From: Thermodesulfobacteriota bacterium
Lineage (GTDB): Bacteria; Desulfobacterota; BSN033; UBA1163
Direction: 5' to 3'
Length of the DNA stretch: 64,000 nt
Assembly (NCBI GenBank): GCA_026415035.1
Contig: JAOAHX010000013.1
Span: 13,717 to 77,716, forward strand
The translations under genes were made by a program, and so were the position numbers. Every line of letters begins with the position of its first letter. The first letter of the stretch is position 1. The notes below the pieces were generated by a model. That model worked only from the letters and a program-made list of their open reading frames with translations, did not search any database and was not told the DNA's origin. Shown piece by piece: positions 8,341 to 17,556 of the stretch.

Positions 8341-9519
8341 ATGGACCCGAAGAGGCATTTCGATCTTCTCATCGTGGGAGGCGGGGTGATGGGATCGAGC
8401 CTCGCCTACCATCTCGCCCACGATGGGTTTCAGGGACGGGTGGCCGTCTTCGAGAAAGACCCCTCCTATGAGAAGGCCTCCACGGTCCTAAGCGTGGGCG
8501 GCATCCGGAGGCAGTTCAGCACCGAGGTCAATGTCCGGCTCTCCCAGTATAGCCTCGCCTTCTATCGGGAGTTCGGTGAGCGGATGGAGGTCGAGGGCGT
8601 CCGGCCCGAGATCGACTTTAAACCGAGGGGCTATCTCTTCCTCGGGAACGAGAGGAACTGGCCCCTTTTGGTCAAACACCAGGCCTTCCAGAGATCGCTC
8701 GGCGTGGAGACGAAGCTCTTAACCCCCGAAGAGACCCTCCGGCTCATCCCAGACCTCAATGCAGAGGACCTGGTCGGCTCCTCCTTCTCTCCGGGCGACG
8801 GCTACATGGATCCCCACAGCGTGCTTCAGGGGTTTGTCAGAAAGGCAAAACACCTCGGCGTCACCTATATCCACCAGGAGGTGGTCGAAATCTTCCGCAA
8901 AGGGGATCGGCTGGAGGGGTTGAGGACGAAGGAGGGCACGACCTACGCAGCTCCGATCATCGTGAATGCGGCCGGCCCCTATGCCGGAGCCGTGGGAAGG
9001 ATGGCCGGAATCGAGATCCCGGTGGTTCCGGTGAGGCGGATGGTCTATCTCGTCAAACCCCCTCGACTCTTCGAATACGACCTTCCCTTGGTGATCGATC
9101 CCTCGGGCGTCTACTTCCTTCACGAGACAGGGAGGCAGATCCTGACAGGAAAGTCGAGAAAGGAGGAGCCCCCGGGATTCAACTTCCAGTGGGATCGGGA
9201 CTACTTCCAGGAGACGATTTGGCCTGCCCTGGCCCACCGGATTCCTCTCTTCGACGCGCTGAAACTGGTCAGCGGCTGGGCAGGGCTTTATGAGATCAAC
9301 CAGTGGGACTTCAACGGGATCATTGGAAATCATCCGGAGGTCTCCAATTTCTTCATGGCCGTTGGATTCAGCGGCCATGGATTTCAACAGGCGCCCGCCG
9401 TAGGCAAAGCCCTCTCCGAAAAGATCCGCCTCGGCCGATACGAGACCGTGGATGCAAGCCCTTTGGGATACGAACGGATCGTCGAGGGGAGAAAGGTCCT
9501 GGAGGAGGAGGTGATATAG
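8341..9519 (+). CDS. FAD-dependent oxidoreductase (DadA/sarcosine-oxidase-beta/D-amino-acid dehydrogenase family)
   Basis: N-terminal Rossmann dinucleotide fold DLLIVGGGVMGSSLAYHLA. 392 aa. PF01266-like architecture. Confidence 0.8.
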   Translation: MDPKRHFDLLIVGGGVMGSSLAYHLAHDGFQGRVAVFEKDPSYEKASTVLSVGGIRRQFSTEVNVRLSQYSLAFYREFGERMEVEGVRPEIDFKPRGYLFLGNERNWPLLVKHQAFQRSLGVETKLLTPEETLRLIPDLNAEDLVGSSFSPGDGYMDPHSVLQGFVRKAKHLGVTYIHQEVVEIFRKGDRLEGLRTKEGTTYAAPIIVNAAGPYAGAVGRMAGIEIPVVPVRRMVYLVKPPRLFEYDLPLVIDPSGVYFLHETGRQILTGKSRKEEPPGFNFQWDRDYFQETIWPALAHRIPLFDALKLVSGWAGLYEINQWDFNGIIGNHPEVSNFFMAVGFSGHGFQQAPAVGKALSEKIRLGRYETVDASPLGYERIVEGRKVLEEEVI

Positions 9520-9605
9520 AGCAAGTTTCAATTTTGGGGGATGAAGGGGGTTATGGGATAGCAGAGGGTGAACAATAGACAACAAAACGAGGAGCGAGAG
9601 GACCG

Positions 9606-10580
9606 ATGCTTATTCTGGACAAAAAGGATCTGGAAGAGCTTCTGCCGATGGAAGAGGTGATAGAGGTTCTAAGGGCGGGATTCCGCGAGGTCAAAGAGGG
9701 CCGATGCGTCGTTCCGGTCCGGTTCCACCTTGCCGTCGGAGAGTATCAAGGGCAGTTTCTCTTCATGCCCGCCTACCTCTCCGGCCTGAAGCAGGCTGGG
9801 ACGAAGATCGTCTCGGTCTTTCCCCAGAATGTCTCCAGGGGAAAACCTACGATCTATGCGACCTATCTGCTCTGCGATCCGACCACCGGGGAGTTGCTGG
9901 CGGTGATGGAAGGGGCCACGCTCACGGGGATTCGCACGGGCGCCGCCTCCGGATTGGCGACTGGGTACCTCGCAAGAAAGGAGGCGAAGGCCCTCGGCGT
10001 GATCGGAACGGGCTTCCAATCTTATTTTCAGGTCAGGGCGATCCAGGCCGTTCGCTCCATCGAGGAGATCTGGGCCTACGATACCGACCCAAACAGGCTT
10101 CGGGAATTCTGCGAGAGGTTTTCGCCCTTCGTTAAGGTCCATCCCGTTTCGAGTGCCTCGGAGGTCGTGAGGCCAAGCGACATCCTGATCACCTCAACCA
10201 CTTCCACCACGCCGGTCTTTTCCGGAAGGGACCTGAAGCCCGGAACCCACATCAACGCCATCGGCGCCTTCCGTCCCGATATGCGCGAGACCGACGACGA
10301 GACCGTCCTCCGGGCCAAGATCGTTGTCGACACCTACGAGGGCTGTCTCAGCGAGGCAGGCGACCTGCTCATCCCCATGGCCGAGGGAAAGTTGAAAAAG
10401 GAGGCTATCCATGGAGATCTGGGAGACCTGGTCACCGGAAGGAAGAAGGGGAGAGAGACGGAGGAGGAGATCACCTTATTTAAATCGGTGGGCTTTGCCA
10501 TGGAGGATGTGGTGACCGCCTCCCATGCCTATGAAAAGGCAGGCCGAAGCGGGATGGGAAAGAGGATCGAGCTCTTGTAA
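9606..10580 (+). CDS. Ornithine cyclodeaminase/mu-crystallin family enzyme (cyclodeaminase or ketimine/pyrroline-2-carboxylate reductase)
   Basis: 324 aa. The family-typical N-terminus and the Rossmann GxGxQ region (LGVIGTGFQS). Strong RBS. Confidence 0.8.
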   Translation: MLILDKKDLEELLPMEEVIEVLRAGFREVKEGRCVVPVRFHLAVGEYQGQFLFMPAYLSGLKQAGTKIVSVFPQNVSRGKPTIYATYLLCDPTTGELLAVMEGATLTGIRTGAASGLATGYLARKEAKALGVIGTGFQSYFQVRAIQAVRSIEEIWAYDTDPNRLREFCERFSPFVKVHPVSSASEVVRPSDILITSTTSTTPVFSGRDLKPGTHINAIGAFRPDMRETDDETVLRAKIVVDTYEGCLSEAGDLLIPMAEGKLKKEAIHGDLGDLVTGRKKGRETEEEITLFKSVGFAMEDVVTASHAYEKAGRSGMGKRIELL

Positions 10581-10594
10581 AGGGAGGGTCGAAC

Positions 10595-12223
10595 GTGAAC
10601 GGCATCTTCAGGATCGAAAAACCGGTGAACGAACCCGTCTGTTCCTATGCCCCAGGAACGGTGGAGAGGGAGAAGTTGAAGGCCCAGCTGGCCAAGATGT
10701 TGAAGGAGGAGGTCGAGATTCCCCTCCTCATCGGAGGAAAGGAGGTCCGCACGGGCGACCTCGGCGAATGCCGATGTCCCCACGACCATGGGCATCTCCT
10801 GGGCCGTTACCATAAAGCAGGCCCGAGGGAGGTGGAGAAAGCGATCGAGGAGGCCCGGAAGGCCTGGCAGGAGTGGTCGGAGATGGACTGGGTGGCGCGG
10901 GCCACGATCTTTCTGAGGGCGGCGGAATTGATCACCTCCAAATACCGCTTCATCCTCAATGCGGCGACGATGCTGGGCCAGTCGAAGACCGCGCACCAAG
11001 CCGAGATCGATTCTGCGTGTGAGGTCGCCGACCTCTATCGCTTCAATCCCTACTACATGAGCCAGATCTACCACTGGCAACCCGAATCGACGGCCGAGGC
11101 CTGGAATCGTCTCGACTATCGGCCTCTCGAAGGGTTCGTCTTTGCTGTCTCGCCTTTCAACTTCACGGCCATCGCGGGCAATCTTCCGACCGCCCCGGCC
11201 ATGATGGGCAATACCGTGGTCTGGAAGCCCGCTTCCACGGCCGTCTATTCAGCTTACTTCCTGACACGCTTGTGGAAGGAGGCAGGCCTTCCTGACGGCG
11301 TGATCAACTTCATCCCCGGTTCGGCAAGCACCATCGGAAATCTCGTGCTCACCCATCCCGATCTGGCAGGGCTTCACTTCACCGGCAGCACCTCCACCTT
11401 CCTCGAGATGTGGAGGACGATCGGTACCCACATCGAGCGATATAAGACCTATCCGAGGATCGTGGGGGAGACCGGAGGGAAGGACTTCGTCTTCGTCCAC
11501 CGCTCTGCCGACGTGGAGGTGGCGACCACGGCCCTCATCCGCGGGGCCTTCGAATACCAAGGCCAGAAGTGTTCGGCCGCAAGTCGGGCCTACATCCCGT
11601 CCAACCTGTGGCCCTCGCTCAAGGAGCGGCTGATCGACGAGATCAAGACGATCCGGATGGGCGACGTGACCGATTTTTCAAACTTCATGGGAGCGGTCAT
11701 CGACCAGGCCTCCTTTGAGAAGATCTCGAGCTACATCGACTACGCGAGGCATTCGGGAGAGACCGAGGTCCTCTGCGGGGGCGGCTGCGACAGGTCGAAG
11801 GGATACTTCATCGAGCCGACCCTCATCCTCACCCAGAACCCCCATCACCGGCTGATGGTCGAGGAGATCTTTGGCCCTGTCTTGACCCTCTTCGTCTACC
11901 CGGAGGAGGCCTTCGAGGAGACCCTCGAGCTCTGTAACCGAACGTCTCCTTATGGCCTCACGGGCAGCATCCTGGCAAGCGACCGGAAGGCGATCGAAAA
12001 GGGGTTGAAGGCCCTCCGCCATGCCGCGGGCAATTTCTATATCAACGACAAGCCGACCGGCGCGGTGGTGGCCCAACAGCCCTTCGGAGGGGGGAGGCAG
12101 TCCGGGACGAACGACAAGGCGGGCTCGATCTTCAACCTCATCCGTTGGACCAGCCCGAGGGCGATCAAAGAGAACCTTCTCCCTCCGACCGATTATCGCT
12201 ATCCCTTCCTGGCCGAACCTTGA
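10595..12223 (+). CDS. 1-pyrroline-5-carboxylate (glutamate-gamma-semialdehyde) dehydrogenase, RocA/PruA type
   Basis: ALDH superfamily. Catalytic ETGGKD and Cys motif GQKCSAASR. 542 aa. GTG start with a GGGAGGG RBS. Confidence 0.8.
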   Translation: MNGIFRIEKPVNEPVCSYAPGTVEREKLKAQLAKMLKEEVEIPLLIGGKEVRTGDLGECRCPHDHGHLLGRYHKAGPREVEKAIEEARKAWQEWSEMDWVARATIFLRAAELITSKYRFILNAATMLGQSKTAHQAEIDSACEVADLYRFNPYYMSQIYHWQPESTAEAWNRLDYRPLEGFVFAVSPFNFTAIAGNLPTAPAMMGNTVVWKPASTAVYSAYFLTRLWKEAGLPDGVINFIPGSASTIGNLVLTHPDLAGLHFTGSTSTFLEMWRTIGTHIERYKTYPRIVGETGGKDFVFVHRSADVEVATTALIRGAFEYQGQKCSAASRAYIPSNLWPSLKERLIDEIKTIRMGDVTDFSNFMGAVIDQASFEKISSYIDYARHSGETEVLCGGGCDRSKGYFIEPTLILTQNPHHRLMVEEIFGPVLTLFVYPEEAFEETLELCNRTSPYGLTGSILASDRKAIEKGLKALRHAAGNFYINDKPTGAVVAQQPFGGGRQSGTNDKAGSIFNLIRWTSPRAIKENLLPPTDYRYPFLAEP

Positions 12224-12275
12224 TGAGGAAAGGCCGGCTCCGAAGGAGGGAATCGTACGACGAGAGGAGAATGCG

Positions 12276-13799
12276 ATGAAGGCACTGCTTGAGAAGCTCG
12301 GCATCCGTGAGGTCAACCGGGGCGCCTGTTCAGGAGCCGACCTCTGGTTCGACGATCCGGAAGGCAAGGAGTTGACCTCCTACAACCCGACCACCGGGGA
12401 GCCCATTGCCAAGGTGATCCAGGCGACGGAGAAGAGTTACGATCAGGTGGTCTCCCATGCGGTCAAGGCCTTCAAGACCTGGCGTATGGTCCCCGCGCCG
12501 AAGCGGGGGCTCCTCGCCCGGGACTTTGCCCAGCTCTTGAGGGAGTTCAAAGAACCCCTAGGCGAGCTGGTGACCCTCGAGATGGGAAAGATCAAGGTGG
12601 AAGGGATGGGGGAGGTCCAGGAGATGATCGACATCTGCGACTTCGCCGTAGGTCTCTCGAGGCAACTCTATGGGCTGACCATGCATTCGGAAAGGCCCGG
12701 CCACCGGATGTACGAGCAGTGGCATCCTCTCGGAGCCATCGGCGTGATCACGGCCTTCAACTTCCCTGTGGCGGTCTGGTCCTGGAACGCGGCCATCGCG
12801 GGCGTGTGCGGAGATACGGTCGTCTGGAAACCCTCCTCCGAAACGCCCCTCTGTGCCGTAGCCGTCCAGCACCTCGCCAACCGGATCATGGCCGATCACG
12901 GCCTATCGGGCATTTTCAACCTCGTCATCGGTCCGGGGTCGGTCATCGGTAGGAGGATGATCGACGATCCGAGGCTTCCCCTCCTCTCCTTCACAGGCTC
13001 GACCAAGATGGGTCGCCAGGTGGCCGAAGGGGTGGCCAGGAGGCTCGGACGGACGATCCTCGAATTGGGCGGAAACAACGCCATTATCGTGGCCGAGGAT
13101 GCCGATCTGGAGATGGCCGTCCGATCCATCCTCTTCGGCGCGGTGGGGACAGCGGGTCAGCGATGCACCTCGACCCGCAGGATCATCGTCCATCGCTCGG
13201 TCAGTCAGGAGTTGACCGAGAGGCTCTGCAAAGCCTATAGCCAGGTCCGGATCGGAGATCCTCTAAAGGAAGGGGTCCTGATGGGCCCCCTGGTGACGAA
13301 GGAGGCCGTCGAGGAGATGATGGCCGCCCTGGAGAAGGCGAGGCAGCAGGGCGGGGTCATCCTCTACGGGGGGAGGCGGCTTTCGGACCTTGGGGAGCGA
13401 TTCGTCGAACCGACGATCGTGAAGATGCCGGCTCAGACCGAGATCGTCCACCATGAGACCTTTGCCCCAATCCTCTACCTTATCGAATACGAGGACTTCG
13501 AGGAGGCGATCCGGATCCACAATGAAGTGCCCCAGGGGCTTTCGAGCGCCATCTTCACCCGGAGCCTGAGGACGGCCGAGCGGTTCCTCTCCCATGAGGG
13601 GTCGGACTGCGGGATCGCCAATGTCAATATCGGGACCTCGGGTGCGGAGATCGGAGGGGCCTTCGGAGGCGAAAAGGAGACCGGCGGCGGCAGGGAGTCG
13701 GGATCCGACGCCTGGAAGGGCTACATGCGGCGCCAGACCAACACGATCAACTGGTCCACGGAACTTCCCCTCGCCCAGGGCATCAAGTTCGGGGACTGA
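12276..13799 (+). CDS. ALDH7 (antiquitin)-type aldehyde dehydrogenase; alpha-aminoadipic/piperideine-6-carboxylate semialdehyde dehydrogenase-like
   Basis: ELGGNN and GQRCTS motifs. The C-terminal 'GIANVNIGTSGAEIGGAFGGEKETGGGRESG' is diagnostic of the ALDH7 family. The start was moved to an internal ATG with a GGAGGA RBS. The ORF-track start at 12021 overlaps the previous gene. Confidence 0.8.
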   Translation: MKALLEKLGIREVNRGACSGADLWFDDPEGKELTSYNPTTGEPIAKVIQATEKSYDQVVSHAVKAFKTWRMVPAPKRGLLARDFAQLLREFKEPLGELVTLEMGKIKVEGMGEVQEMIDICDFAVGLSRQLYGLTMHSERPGHRMYEQWHPLGAIGVITAFNFPVAVWSWNAAIAGVCGDTVVWKPSSETPLCAVAVQHLANRIMADHGLSGIFNLVIGPGSVIGRRMIDDPRLPLLSFTGSTKMGRQVAEGVARRLGRTILELGGNNAIIVAEDADLEMAVRSILFGAVGTAGQRCTSTRRIIVHRSVSQELTERLCKAYSQVRIGDPLKEGVLMGPLVTKEAVEEMMAALEKARQQGGVILYGGRRLSDLGERFVEPTIVKMPAQTEIVHHETFAPILYLIEYEDFEEAIRIHNEVPQGLSSAIFTRSLRTAERFLSHEGSDCGIANVNIGTSGAEIGGAFGGEKETGGGRESGSDAWKGYMRRQTNTINWSTELPLAQGIKFGD

Positions 13800-13982
13800 T
13801 CCCTTCCATCGGATGCCCGCCCCAAAGCCGGAATAGCTTCTGTCAGGATCTTTCGCACCTCATCAATCCCGGAATACCCACAGTGGGAGTTTCTCTTTTT
13901 TGTCTTCGAACCGGCCTTCAACGATCTTCCCAGACCTCTTCGTTTGGTGTAAAATAGGCCCGAATGAGATGGGGAGGATCCT

Positions 13983-16199
13983 ATGGGAGAATATCCGAGT
14001 CGGGAGGACCTCGTAAAGATCGCCGAGATGGCTGACGAGGGGATCGTTGTCTTTGACGAGGATTATACGATCGAGTTTGCCAATACCGTGGCCTCGCAAT
14101 TGACCGGCTACCCGAAAGAGAGGTTGCTCGGGATGGATTTTCGTCGCCTCCTCACCGAGAGGGATCGAGACCATCTCCACCGGATGCAGTCCGATGCGGG
14201 AGGGGACGAAACCAGGCGGGTTTGTACCGAGATGGAGATCCTCACCGCAAAAGGCCTAAGGAGGGATATGGAGGTTTGCATCGCCCTCTCGAGGGAGGAG
14301 GAGAAAGGGACGAAAACCTATGCCTACCTGAGAGATATTACGGATGCCAAGAGGATGGCCAGGGAGGTTCGTGAGGCGACCAAGCGGTTCGAGAAGATCG
14401 CAGAGATGGGTGAGGATGGCATCCTCGTCTTCGATGAGGAGTCCAAGATCGAATTTGCGAACCAGAAGGCGGCCGAGATCTTAGGGATGCCGAAGGAGGA
14501 GATCCTCGGCAGGGAATTCTTTTCCCTCATCGGGAAGAGGGATGAGGAGTTTCTCGAGGAGATGGTGATGCGGGGGGAGGGGATGGGTCAGAAGGTCTGT
14601 ATCGAGATGACGTTGATCACCCCCCAGGGCCACTCCAAAGAGGCGGAGGTTTGCATCGCACCGGTCCAATCGGAGGACGGGCCGATCAAGACCTACGCCT
14701 ATATCCGGGATATCACGGAGAGGAAGAGGTATGAAAAGGAGATCCTGGAGTCTGAGGAGAAGTATCGAAACCTCTTCGAACGGGTCCAGCACGGCCTCTT
14801 CATCAGCACGAAAGAGGGGAGGTTTCTCGACTGCAATCAGGCCCTGGTGGAGATGGCGGGCTACTCGACCAAGGAGGAGTTCCTGAAGATCGACATCCCC
14901 CGGGATCTCTATGTCAACAAAGAGGACCGAGAGAAATTTCAGAGGTTGATCGAAGCGAAGGGCTTCGTGAAAGATCTGGAGGTGGAATTCAAGAAGAAGA
15001 ACGGCGAGAAGATCACCATCCTCCTCACGGCCCATGCCAAAAGGGACGAGAAGGGCGAGATCGTCGGCTACGAGGGTCTCAACATCGACATCTCCGAGAG
15101 GAAACGGATGGAGCGGGAGCTGAGGGAGGCCAACCAGTTCTTGAGGAACCTGATCGAAAGCTCTGTGGACGGGATCATCGCCGCCGACATGAAGGGCAAC
15201 ATCATCATCTTCAACAAAGGGGCAGAGGCCCTGACGGGTTACACGGCCGAGGAGGTGATCGGAAAGATCCACATCACCCAGATCTATCCCGAAGGGGTAG
15301 CCAAGGAGGTGATGAGGAAGCTCCGGAGCCCTGACTACGGTGGGGTGGGAAAGTTCGCGCCCACGCAGCTCGAGGTGGTCAACAAACAGGGCGAAAAGAT
15401 TCCCATCCAGCTCTCCGCCGCCCTCATCTATGACGAGGCGGGCAGAGAGATCGCAAGCGTCGGGATCTTCACGGACCTGAGGCCGAGGCTGAAGATGGAG
15501 AAGGAGATCCAGGAGATCCAGCAGGCCCTGCTCCAATCCGAAAAGCTGGCCGCCATGGGAAGGCTCACCTCGCAGATCGCCCATGAATTGAACAACCCCA
15601 TCTACGGGATCATGAACACCCTGGAGCTCTTGAAGACCGAGATCCCTCCTGAGAGCAAGAGGCGGAGAATCTTAGAGCTCTCCCTCTCCGAAACCCATCG
15701 GCTGGCGGAGATGCTCCGAAACATGCTGAGCTTCTCGAAGCCCGAAGAGGAGGAGCGGAGGCCCGTCAACCTGAACGAACTGTTGGAGGGGATCCTCCTC
15801 ATCGTGGACAAGCAGATGCAGGAGGCCAATATCAAGGTCAAGACGTACTTTGACGAACGGATCCCCACGGTGATGGCCTCCACGAACCAGCTGAGGCAGG
15901 TGATCCTCAACATGGTGAAGAATGCGAAGGAGGCCATGCCCAAAGGGGGCAGCCTCACCATCGCCACCGGGAGGGAGAGGGATCGGGTCTTGATCCACAT
16001 CCGGGACACGGGCGTGGGCATCCCGGAGGAACACAGGAATAAGATCTTCGAGGCCTTCTTCACGACCAAACAAAAGGTCAAAGGGGTGGGCTTAGGCCTT
16101 TCGGTCTGTTACGGGATCATCAAAAGTCACGGAGGGGAGATCAAGGTCGAAAGCGAAGAGGGCAAAGGCACCCACTTCACCATCAGCCTTCCTGCCTGA
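13983..16199 (+). CDS. Multi-PAS-domain sensor histidine kinase
   Basis: About four PAS repeats. H-box HELNNPIYGI. HATPase N/G boxes (MVKNAKEAM, DTGVGI, GVGLGLSVCYGII). 738 aa. Confidence 0.85.
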   Translation: MGEYPSREDLVKIAEMADEGIVVFDEDYTIEFANTVASQLTGYPKERLLGMDFRRLLTERDRDHLHRMQSDAGGDETRRVCTEMEILTAKGLRRDMEVCIALSREEEKGTKTYAYLRDITDAKRMAREVREATKRFEKIAEMGEDGILVFDEESKIEFANQKAAEILGMPKEEILGREFFSLIGKRDEEFLEEMVMRGEGMGQKVCIEMTLITPQGHSKEAEVCIAPVQSEDGPIKTYAYIRDITERKRYEKEILESEEKYRNLFERVQHGLFISTKEGRFLDCNQALVEMAGYSTKEEFLKIDIPRDLYVNKEDREKFQRLIEAKGFVKDLEVEFKKKNGEKITILLTAHAKRDEKGEIVGYEGLNIDISERKRMERELREANQFLRNLIESSVDGIIAADMKGNIIIFNKGAEALTGYTAEEVIGKIHITQIYPEGVAKEVMRKLRSPDYGGVGKFAPTQLEVVNKQGEKIPIQLSAALIYDEAGREIASVGIFTDLRPRLKMEKEIQEIQQALLQSEKLAAMGRLTSQIAHELNNPIYGIMNTLELLKTEIPPESKRRRILELSLSETHRLAEMLRNMLSFSKPEEEERRPVNLNELLEGILLIVDKQMQEANIKVKTYFDERIPTVMASTNQLRQVILNMVKNAKEAMPKGGSLTIATGRERDRVLIHIRDTGVGIPEEHRNKIFEAFFTTKQKVKGVGLGLSVCYGIIKSHGGEIKVESEEGKGTHFTISLPA

Positions 16200-16417
16200 G
16201 TAATGATTTGGGGGAAACGAATATCTTGCTCTAAGCGGCCTGTTTCTTTCGATTTCTGATAGGCTGCTTCCCCGATGATCTCGACCTCTTTAATCAGCGT
16301 TAAGGTAAGCTTACGGTCATGATCAAAGGCTTCGCGTTGTTTCTCAAGGGTAAAGTCCATGATCTCACGGGCGGCATCCAGCATGTGCTGTAGTCGGATT
16401 CGATCATCCTTCCACAT
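16127..16417 (-). CDS. HepT-like (DUF86) toxin homologue lacking the canonical Rx4HxY motif
   Basis: DUF86 core '[12 protein letters not shown]...EVEIIGEAA'. The C-terminal region reads AGRLMVKWV where RNxxxHxY is expected. The start (about 16417) overlaps the upstream NTase gene by about 14 nt. Local GC is low. Confidence 0.5.
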   Translation of the reverse strand: MWKDDRIRLQHMLDAAREIMDFTLEKQREAFDHDRKLTLTLIKEVEIIGEAAYQKSKETGRLEQDIRFPQIITQAGRLMVKWVPLPSSLSTLISPP

Positions 16418-16709
16418 ATTGCACCTCTGCTTTTTCCTGGATCTCCTTTCGGAAATAACGGCTGAGGTCCTCGGGAGTGCGGAGGTCCACCTTACGGCCT
16501 CCAAACAAAGCAGAGAGTTCCCGTTCCATTCGAGCGATCTTTAAGAGACTTGGAACGTGATCGGGCTCAAATTCAACCAATAAATCGATGTCACTGTCCG
16601 GGGAAAAGTCTTCCCGAAGGGCCGATCCAAACAGGGCCAGGCGTCGGATATGGTAGCGCCGGCAAAACTCTGATAGTTCTTGCTGAGGAATGTTTAAATT
16701 TTTTTTCAT
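16404..16709 (-). CDS. MntA-type minimal nucleotidyltransferase antitoxin
   Basis: GSxxRxxxxxxSDxD motif ([22 protein letters not shown]). ATG at 16709 with a GGGGATAAGG RBS. It is paired with the DUF86 gene. Confidence 0.7.
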   Translation of the reverse strand: MKKNLNIPQQELSEFCRRYHIRRLALFGSALREDFSPDSDIDLLVEFEPDHVPSLLKIARMERELSALFGGRKVDLRTPEDLSRYFRKEIQEKAEVQYVEG

Positions 16710-16744
16710 CCTTATCCCCCACTCCTTTTGAATGGGTCTTTTCT

Positions 16745-17242
16745 TCACTTAAACTCCACGAACTGGTCTTTGGGGGCGGAGCAAACCGGACAGGTCTCAG
16801 GACAGTGGCCATCTGCCACGAAGCCGCACACCTGACAGACATAATAAGTGGTTTCCCGCTCCCCGATCAGGTGATTGATGGCCATTTTGTAGAGTTTGGC
16901 ATGGCCCTCCTCGACGTCTCTCGCCTGGGAGAAGATCGTGGCAGAGGCGGTATCCCCTGCGTTCTCGGCAAGGGCGATGAAATTTTCGTAGGCCACCCCT
17001 GCGATCCCTGTCTCGGACTGGAAACTCTCTTTAAGATTTGACTCAGTATCCTTTATCTCCCTTAACATCCGGAGGGCCCGCTCGCCATGGATCTCCTCGC
17101 TGAAGGCGATGACCCGAAAGAGTTTGGCCATCTGGGGAAGCCCCTCCTGGTCCGCCTTTTTGGCAAAGACCTTCAATCGGAGGGCCGCTTTTGCCTCCGC
17201 CTCATAGACGGTTTGAAAGGCCTCTCGGATCTTCTCCTCCAT
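16745..17242 (-). CDS. rbr: Rubrerythrin
   Basis: Diiron ExxH motifs ([17 protein letters not shown]) and a C-terminal rubredoxin-like CQVCG...CPVCS. Confidence 0.9.
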   Translation of the reverse strand: MEEKIREAFQTVYEAEAKAALRLKVFAKKADQEGLPQMAKLFRVIAFSEEIHGERALRMLREIKDTESNLKESFQSETGIAGVAYENFIALAENAGDTASATIFSQARDVEEGHAKLYKMAINHLIGERETTYYVCQVCGFVADGHCPETCPVCSAPKDQFVEFK

Positions 17243-17556
17243 CCTCCCCTCCCGATTTGGGAATGATCTTTTACCCCTCTCAATAGAAAATCAGGGATGG
17301 CTCCAGTATATCACAAAAATATCTGACGTTGAAACCTTGCACAGTAAGGTGCGATGAAAACGGGATTGTGAATCTTTTCTTCTTGAATTTTTCCAATTTT
17401 TCCTCATAATAAAGTCACCCTCCCATTCGGAAGGGTTCGTTGCAGGCTGGCCTCGAACCTTCTCCGACTGAGCAAATGGCTTAATTAACTTAATTAAAAT
17501 GACAAGGGGGATAGACGGAGCGTAAGAAGTCAACCTCGTGAGAAGGAGGAAAACCG

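Noticed and set aside
12021-12275. N-terminal extension of the ALDH7-like ORF overlapping the P5CDH gene
   Set aside because: It overlaps the preceding gene by 200 nt in another frame. An ATG with a GGAGGA RBS at 12276 gives the conserved ALDH N-terminus.
14481-15584. 367-aa antisense ORF within the histidine kinase gene
   Set aside because: Antisense artefact. The kinase frame carries the H-box and ATPase motifs.
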